DNA of 41,124 bases, from positions 1 through 41,124 of the forward strand of contig CAYGWT010000331.1 in assembly GCA_964353625.1 (NCBI GenBank), in the 5' to 3' direction. Position 1 is the first letter of the stretch. Each line of letters starts with the position of its first letter. Under the pieces are notes generated by a model. That model was given only the letters and a program-made list of their open reading frames with translations, did not search any database and was not told the origin of the DNA. A program made the position numbers and the translations under genes. Of the stretch, positions 37,861 through 41,124 are shown one piece after another. The DNA is from an uncultured Candidatus Bathyarchaeia archaeon. Lineage in GTDB: Archaea; Thermoproteota; Bathyarchaeia; 40CM-2-53-6.

Positions 37861-38672
37861 CGACTGAAAACAAAGACCCGGTACTACCAGTACCTGGCCA
37901 AGAGGTAGTGGAGCCAGAAGTAATTGAGAACCAGGAACAACAGACTCCCGAAGCTGATCCGGTTGAAACTGAAGCGCGTGCTGCTGGATGGGTGCCAAAA
38001 GAGGAGTTCTATTCAAATCCTGCGAACACTGGAAAGAAGTGGCGCTCTGCGGAACTTTTCGTCGAACTTACTCCGCTTTATGAGAAAATCGACTCCCTAC
38101 ACAAGCAGAACAAAACGCTGAACCAGGGTCTCAAGGCTTTTGCTGACCACAACAAGAAGATCGAAGTTACTGCATACAACCGAGCAAAAGCGGAGTTGAT
38201 TGCAGAGAAGAAGAAAGCTGCAGAGGATGGTGACATCGCCAAGGTGGAGGAGATCAGGGACCAGATTGATGCCCTGCCCAAACCCACTGCCCCGGCGGTT
38301 GCAGACATCCCACAGGAACCGAATACAGCTTTCCTGGAATGGAAATCAAGGAATCCTTGGTACAACACGAACTCAGACGCGAAGCTCTTTGCTGACACTC
38401 TGGGTATCAAGTTGATCCAGGAGGGCAATACCCCCGAGCAGGTGCTCACTCAGGTCCAGGCGAAGGTAAAACAACTCTTCCCGAACCTCTTTGTGAACCC
38501 CAATCGAGCAAGTGCCCCCGGAGTAGAATCCGGTGGGAGTAAAGGAAAAACATCTGGTGGCTTCCAGATGTCTAAAGAAGAGACCGCCATTATGAATCGT
38601 TTGATTGCTAGTGGCGCTCCCATCACTAGAGATGAGTATATCGCCCAGCTTAAGAGCATGAGAGGAGCCTAA
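37857..38672 (+). CDS. Probable scaffolding protein
   Basis: It has an acidic N-terminus and a long coiled-coil middle, and lies between the portal and capsid genes. It has an ATGA overlap with the upstream gene. Confidence 0.55.
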   Translation: MTTENKDPVLPVPGQEVVEPEVIENQEQQTPEADPVETEARAAGWVPKEEFYSNPANTGKKWRSAELFVELTPLYEKIDSLHKQNKTLNQGLKAFADHNKKIEVTAYNRAKAELIAEKKKAAEDGDIAKVEEIRDQIDALPKPTAPAVADIPQEPNTAFLEWKSRNPWYNTNSDAKLFADTLGIKLIQEGNTPEQVLTQVQAKVKQLFPNLFVNPNRASAPGVESGGSKGKTSGGFQMSKEETAIMNRLIASGAPITRDEYIAQLKSMRGA

Positions 38673-38674
38673 CC

Positions 38675-39085
38675 ATGGCACGTAAACCTGCACCAGCAGA
38701 AGCGGGAAGTCCCGCAACTCCGAGAGTTCGTCGGCCCCTTGGTCGTTCGAATCGACTGGAAATCATTAACCAGGATCCCAACCGTGTATATCGTTTGGTG
38801 AACTTAGACGCTAACCGGATTTATCGCTTTGAGCAAGCCGGGTGGCGTGTTGAGAACATCGATGAGCACGTAGGGAAATCTGAACGAGTTGCTTTACCTA
38901 CTACTACTGACAATGCGATTATGGTCGGAGGCGGCCACAAGCAGGTCTTGATGTCCATCGAGAAGGAATTCTTCGATGAAGATCAGGCAGCCAAGCGATC
39001 GCGTCAAGCAGAGTTGGAGAAGTCACTCAAACCTCGTAACTCTGATGGCATGTATGGCGCTGAACTCAACTCTGTTTTCAAATAG
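38675..39085 (+). CDS. Hypothetical head-module protein
   Basis: It is 136 aa with a basic N-terminus, and GGAG lies upstream. Confidence 0.55.
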   Translation: MARKPAPAEAGSPATPRVRRPLGRSNRLEIINQDPNRVYRLVNLDANRIYRFEQAGWRVENIDEHVGKSERVALPTTTDNAIMVGGGHKQVLMSIEKEFFDEDQAAKRSRQAELEKSLKPRNSDGMYGAELNSVFK

Positions 39086-39122
39086 CCCAATACAGCCATC
39101 ACCCTGTACACAGGAGTAATTG

Positions 39123-39722
39123 ATGGCTAACACTAACAAAGTGAATGGCTTTCGTCCTGTTCGCTACCTGAATGGTGCGTGCTATAACGGTCAGTTCCGG
39201 AAGTACATTGTTCCGGCTTCTGATGGTACCGCACTGTTCATTGGCGATCTGGTGAAGCTTAGCTCGGCAGGCTCGGATGAAGGCTATACGGCCGTTGTCC
39301 AGGCTGCGGCCACGGATGCCATGATTGGCGTTGTGGTTGGGATGGAGATTGATCCTACCAACCTTAACACCCCGGTATACCGCGCGGCTTCGACGAAGCG
39401 TGTAGTTTACGTTGCTGATGACCCGAACCTCGTTTTCGAGGCTCAGGAAGATGGCGACACTGACCCCCTGGAAACCACCGATATCGGTCTGAACGTGTCC
39501 CCCATCGTGGGTTCGGGTTCGACTGTGACCGGTGCCTCGGGTATGCAAATTGACTCGACGACTCACAACACGACTGCTACCCTGCCGTTGCGCCTGCTTG
39601 GTCTGGCTCAGCGTCCGGATAACGAGAACGTGCTGTCGGCCGGTGGTCAAGCGTACACGCGATGGGAAGTCAAAATCAACAACCACCAACTCGGTAGTCA
39701 TACCGGCGTTGCTGGCGTCTAA
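39123..39722 (+). CDS. Probable capsid-associated structural protein (a decoration role is a guess)
   Basis: It lies immediately upstream of the major capsid gene, with AGGAG 7 nt before ATG 39123. The sequence is beta-rich and Gly/Val/Thr-rich. Confidence 0.5.
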   Translation: MANTNKVNGFRPVRYLNGACYNGQFRKYIVPASDGTALFIGDLVKLSSAGSDEGYTAVVQAAATDAMIGVVVGMEIDPTNLNTPVYRAASTKRVVYVADDPNLVFEAQEDGDTDPLETTDIGLNVSPIVGSGSTVTGASGMQIDSTTHNTTATLPLRLLGLAQRPDNENVLSAGGQAYTRWEVKINNHQLGSHTGVAGV

Positions 39723-39737
39723 TTAGGAGTATAGCAC

Positions 39738-40652
39738 ATGACTGGTATCATCAACACCTCCAGCTTTGCTAAGGCACTCCTTCCTGGCGTCAACGCCTGG
39801 TATGGTGCTGAGTATGCAAGGTATCCCGAAGAGTATCTGAAGCTCTTCGAGAAGAATAGCTCTTCGCGTAACTTCGAAGAGGACGTTGGACAATCGGGCT
39901 TCGGTCTGGCTGTCATCAAGGAAGAGGGCAATGGCATCTCGTATGACAGCGCCCGTCAAGGCTTCACGACTCGCTATCGCCATGTGACGTATGGCCTCGG
40001 ATTCATCATCACTCGTGAGATGTATGAAGACGGGCTGTATGACACGTATGCGAAGAAGCGTGCCGAGCAGCTGGCTTTCTCGATGCGTCAGACGAAGGAG
40101 ATCCTGGGTGCCTCGGTTTACAACCTGGCTACGTCTTCGACGCAGCTTGGTGGTGACGGCAAGGCTCTGCTTGCTACGGATCACCCGAACGTTGCTGGCG
40201 GCACGTGGAGCAACAAACTCTCGACGGCCTCGGACCTGTCCGAAGCTGCCCTTGAGCAGGCGTGTATTGACATCGCGGATCTGCGCGACGATCGGGGTCT
40301 CCTGATCGCTGTGAAGCCCAAGATGCTCATTATCTCTCCTGAGCAGGAGTTTGAGGCTATGCGTATCCTCAAGACCGTTGGCCGGGTTGGTACTGACCTG
40401 AATGACATCAATGCGATCAAAGAAGCTGGCAAGTTCCCGGGTGGAGTGGTGGTTAACCACTACCTGACCGATACTGACGCCTGGTTCATCCGCACGGATG
40501 TCAAGGATGGTCTGAAGTACTTCTCGCGGCGTGACGACGAGTTCGGCACTGAGAACGACTTCGACACCGAGAACGCCAAGTTCAAATCGACGTTCCGTTG
40601 TTCGTTCGGCTGGACGGATCCCCGCGCTATCTTCGGTTCCGAAGGCGCGTAA
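39738..40652 (+). CDS. Major capsid protein (HK97-fold size class)
   Basis: It is 304 aa with a strong SD and is followed by a hairpin terminator. Its position and composition are typical of a major capsid protein. Confidence 0.75.
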   Translation: MTGIINTSSFAKALLPGVNAWYGAEYARYPEEYLKLFEKNSSSRNFEEDVGQSGFGLAVIKEEGNGISYDSARQGFTTRYRHVTYGLGFIITREMYEDGLYDTYAKKRAEQLAFSMRQTKEILGASVYNLATSSTQLGGDGKALLATDHPNVAGGTWSNKLSTASDLSEAALEQACIDIADLRDDRGLLIAVKPKMLIISPEQEFEAMRILKTVGRVGTDLNDINAIKEAGKFPGGVVVNHYLTDTDAWFIRTDVKDGLKYFSRRDDEFGTENDFDTENAKFKSTFRCSFGWTDPRAIFGSEGA

Positions 40653-40662
40653 TTGAGGTAGT

Positions 40663-40699
40663 GGGGGCAGCTGGTTTAGGCCAGCCGGCCCCCTTCTCT
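40663..40699 (+). terminator. Hairpin terminator/attenuator after the capsid gene
   Basis: The sequence is GGGGGCaGCTGGtttaggCCAGCcgGCCCCCttctct. Confidence 0.5.
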
Positions 40700-40711
40700 A
40701 AGGAGTAACAA

Positions 40712-41113
40712 ATGCCTGTGAATCTGTCTTATCCGAAACCGAAGAAGATCTTTTCGAAGTTCGTCTCTCTTGGTGTTGCTGACTCGAGCACCGAGAAGTG
40801 CGTGCTCCCGAAAGGTGCGGTTATCGTTGATGTCAACTGCAATCAAACCGCAGATGCTACGACGAATGCTTCTACTTGGCTGCTTGGCTGGTCTGCTGCA
40901 ACTGGTGGTATTCTGAACGCTTTTGCGTCGGCCACTACCAAGGTTGGTAGCGTCAAGGCTGGCGTCAAGGCTGGTTCTGGTTGGTATGCGCCGCTTACGG
41001 CAGACCAGAAGATCATCTCTACCTGCACTGCAGGTGTTAGCGACACGACTTCGGTTGTTGTAGTGGAAATCCGCTACTGCATTCCGGGTCCTGGCGAAAC
41101 GCATCTGAGCTAA
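40712..41113 (+). CDS. Hypothetical structural-module protein
   Basis: It is 133 aa, with AAGGAG upstream. Confidence 0.55.
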   Translation: MPVNLSYPKPKKIFSKFVSLGVADSSTEKCVLPKGAVIVDVNCNQTADATTNASTWLLGWSAATGGILNAFASATTKVGSVKAGVKAGSGWYAPLTADQKIISTCTAGVSDTTSVVVVEIRYCIPGPGETHLS

Positions 41114-41124
41114 CGATGGGGGGC

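Noticed and set aside
36535-40460. Minus-strand ORFs 36535..37332, 39099..39701 and 39723..40460, which run antisense to the portal and capsid genes
   Set aside because: They are Leu/Arg/His-rich mirror frames of strongly supported structural genes, and no translation signals are present.
1-41124. tRNA, rRNA, integrase/attachment site, or transposase genes
   Set aside because: Reading both strands I saw no T-loop/acceptor-like cloverleaf candidates, no recombinase or transposase motifs and no rRNA-like stretches. A tRNAscan-type search would be needed to rule out tRNAs formally.

Overview
The window looks like a large part of a tailed dsDNA phage genome (about 50% GC). I saw no rRNA, tRNA, CRISPR or integrase. 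It has two opposed transcription arms. The minus-strand arm (about 29.6 kb down to 7.07 kb) carries short early genes, then a tightly coupled metabolic and replication operon. That operon includes an amidoligase/ATP-grasp/GATase cassette, primase, DnaB-like helicase, a family A DNA polymerase split into two ORFs, FEN-type 5'-3' exonuclease, an Hjc-like resolvase, a DnaQ-like exonuclease, overlapping i-/o-spanins and a ribonucleotide reductase. The plus-strand arm (30.3 kb to the window end, resuming at position 1 and running to 7.0 kb) carries a TerS-like HTH protein, HNH endonuclease, TerL, portal, a GroES-like protein, scaffold, capsid genes, a giant virion protein that is open at the left window edge, a GH108 muramidase, a small HExxH protein and a holin-like protein. 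The arms diverge from an ORF-free control region of about 0.7 kb (29.55-30.33 kb) and converge on a bidirectional terminator at about 7.03-7.06 kb.

The items most worth follow-up are:
1. A seven-gene amidoligase/ATP-grasp/GATase-II/GATase-I cassette with no known product.
2. Two arrays, 12 kb apart, of an 18-bp palindrome TGTTG-N8-CAACA (13 perfect copies). Both lie next to near-consensus sigma70-type promoters, and one array is embedded in a coding ORF.
3. A second palindrome, TTTACT-N6-AGTAAA, that carries the Shine-Dalgarno sequence in its spacer and abuts the ATG of the first early genes.
4. A 357-bp ORF-free stretch bounded by a promoter and a terminator, which is a candidate sRNA.
5. 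A protein-like open frame with no start codon, in the -1 frame relative to the portal 3' end.
6. A signal-peptide glycine-repeat protein inside the replication module.

All calls come from reading the sequence and the ORF translations by eye. No database search was run.
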